From Candidatus Woesearchaeota archaeon (lineage in GTDB: Archaea; Nanobdellota; Nanobdellia; Pacearchaeales; GW2011-AR1), in NCBI GenBank assembly GCA_964518155.1, contig CAZFDH010000016.1, positions 1 through 16,390 on the forward strand: a stretch of 16,390 nt of DNA, read 5' to 3'. Made by a program: the position numbers and the translations under genes. Below, piece after piece: positions 15,175-16,390 of this stretch; the stretch's first letter is position 1; every line of letters begins with the position of its first letter. The notes beneath the pieces are model-generated. The model was not told the DNA's origin, ran no database searches, and saw only the letters and a list, made by a program, of their open reading frames with translations.

Positions 15175-16390
15175 CTTTGAACACTCTCCTGTAAACGTGA
15201 AGTATTGCTTCTGGAATAGCACATAGTTTTGCTTTTCCTTTTAGTTCTTTAAACTCTTGTTCTGGCACACTATCGTCTAAAGAGAAAACATAAACGTTTA
15301 TTTTGTCTTTTAGTTTTTTTGCTTCTTTAACAAAGTCTTCTATATTTTCTTCATCGAAGATAATCCCTAAATAATGGTCAGTATTCTTGAATATTTTATA
15401 ACTTGTTTTTTCTACTATCGGCTCAAAAGCATTTTCCTTAATACAAATCATTTCTGTTGATTTATCAACTATCTTCTTTTTGTTTTGGTCGGTTGGTGCT
15501 GAGTCCACAAAATCAGTTTTGAAATATTTTAAGTTTCCGCTTAAACCTTCTATCTTTTCTTTTGTAGGAGTAGTGTAGCCTTTGATTACTTTCTCAACTC
15601 TGGGATAACATACTCCGGAACAAATATTTTCTTCATTATTCGTGCATAAAATAAACTTTCTATTTCCACCATAAAGTTTGTTATATTCTAATACTGCGTG
15701 GCCTGTAGTTCCAGAGCCCGCAAAGAAATCAAGAACTATGGAGTCTTCCTTTGTAGATAATTCAAGAATTTTCATAATTAGACTAATTGGTTTAGGATTG
15801 TTGAAAACTTTCTCACCAAATATCTCTTCTAATTCTTGAGTTCCATTAGTGGTTGTTCCCACATCGTCCCAAATAGATTTTGAAACAAGCCCTCTATCCT
15901 CGCATTCGCTTAAATACCTCTTTAATTGTGGTTTTGAATTACCAGTTTTCCCAAATATTATTCTTCCTTCTTTTAAAAATCTCTGAAATTCTTCTTTTGT
16001 TGTTCTCCAACATCTTCCTTTTGGAGGCATATAAATTTCTCCAGTCTTAGGGTTTTTTATTGGATAAGTTAAATTAGGTCTTATGTTTGGTGCATCGAAT
16101 GGGTCTGCAGTCCAATCTCCACGAGGGTCTTTATCTGGATTTGAAAACTTCTCTCCATTGGCCTTAAGTCTAAATTCCTTTTTTATTTTTTGTAGTTTGC
16201 TGATATTTTTAGCATATAGAAATGTGTGATTATGATTTAAAGATATTATTGCGTCATTGGATACGGATTTTCTCGAATTCCATATTACATCAATTATAAA
16301 ATTTTTCTCTCCAAAAACTTCATCACATAATATCTTTAGTTGGGCGAATTCATTGTCATCTATAGAAATAAATATGACTCCACTCTCCAC
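15167..16390 (-). CDS. mod: Type III (beta-class N6-adenine/N4-cytosine) DNA methyltransferase Mod subunit, N-terminus beyond the right edge
   Basis: ESGVIFISIDDNEFAQLKILCDEVFGEKNFI is the conserved block that follows the (off-window) DPPY motif in Type III Mod proteins. LDFFAGSGTTGHAV is the AdoMet-binding motif I, placed late as in beta-class enzymes, and a variable region lies between the two. The mod-res order with overlap is typical of Type III operons. Confidence 0.88.
   Translation of the reverse strand: MESGVIFISIDDNEFAQLKILCDEVFGEKNFIIDVIWNSRKSVSNDAIISLNHNHTFLYAKNISKLQKIKKEFRLKANGEKFSNPDKDPRGDWTADPFDAPNIRPNLTYPIKNPKTGEIYMPPKGRCWRTTKEEFQRFLKEGRIIFGKTGNSKPQLKRYLSECEDRGLVSKSIWDDVGTTTNGTQELEEIFGEKVFNNPKPISLIMKILELSTKEDSIVLDFFAGSGTTGHAVLEYNKLYGGNRKFILCTNNEENICSGVCYPRVEKVIKGYTTPTKEKIEGLSGNLKYFKTDFVDSAPTDQNKKKIVDKSTEMICIKENAFEPIVEKTSYKIFKNTDHYLGIIFDEENIEDFVKEAKKLKDKINVYVFSLDDSVPEQEFKELKGKAKLCAIPEAILHVYRRVFKDD

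Larger units (their letters stand above)
8211..16390. mobile_element. Putative integrated plasmid-like element or accessory island (boundaries not defined; the right end is outside the window)
   Basis: Housekeeping content switches abruptly to a set of small DNA-binding proteins, a second and divergent Orc1/Cdc6, a serine recombinase, orphan genes and an R-M system. I could identify no flanking att repeats or tRNA target. Confidence 0.4.

Noticed and set aside
15175-15222. N-terminal extension of res (MLFQKQYFTFTGECSK) given in the ORF track; similar non-ATG extensions at 96, 1848 and 10280
   Set aside because: The extensions begin at alternative start codons and overlap the upstream gene. 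In each case an in-frame ATG with better context (gene coupling or a GGAGG-like site) lies just downstream. The ORF at 96 is simply an ORF truncated by the window edge.
1-16390. CRISPR arrays, tRNA/rRNA genes and tandem repeat arrays
   Set aside because: A visual scan of all intergenic stretches (5516-5555, 5742-5828, 8049-8210, 8655-8788, 10223-10300, 11144-11372, 11586-11644 and 11876-11933) found no regularly spaced repeats and no tRNA-like T-arm or acceptor pattern. The scan was manual, so a covariance-model search should confirm it.

Overview
The window is AT-rich and tightly packed, and it looks archaeal because it encodes PolD and Orc1/Cdc6. The compactness and composition fit a small-genome, DPANN-like archaeon, but that cannot be proven from the sequence alone. 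The window splits into two parts.

(1) Core chromosome, nt 1-8048. It starts with a translationally coupled orc1/cdc6 - polD-DP1 - polD-DP2 replication operon. Two tandem paralogous 61-aa ORFs of unknown function follow. Next comes an unusual single-ORF fusion of an acylphosphatase domain to a cis-prenyltransferase (UppS). The last gene is a TctA/DUF112-like polytopic membrane protein.

(2) Accessory region, about nt 8211 to the right edge, which looks like an integrated plasmid-like element or defence island. It carries:
- an ArsR-like wHTH gene;
- an RHH-RHH-Orc1/Cdc6-like AAA+ operon (the first RHH gene is missing from the ORF track);
- a nested inverted repeat;
- a 59-aa ORF coupled to a small serine recombinase of the resolvase/invertase type;
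- a 229-bp ORF-free gap;
- a divergent wHTH / zinc-ribbon pair, whose shared promoter has two CTGT-N8-ACAGATA sites flanking a single TATA-like element;
- a 352-aa protein with two TM helices and no domain I recognise;
- a convergent Type III restriction-modification operon (mod partial, res complete).

I saw no rRNA, tRNA or CRISPR array. The most promising candidates for new biology are:
- the uncharacterised wHTH / Zn-ribbon / 2TM cassette abutting the Type III R-M system;
- the RHH-RHH-Orc1-recombinase module bracketed by copies of a GTCCCTTAAT motif;
- the acylphosphatase-UppS fusion;
- the tandem 61-aa paralogs.

Every functional call rests on motifs read by eye from the translations. 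No database search was possible.
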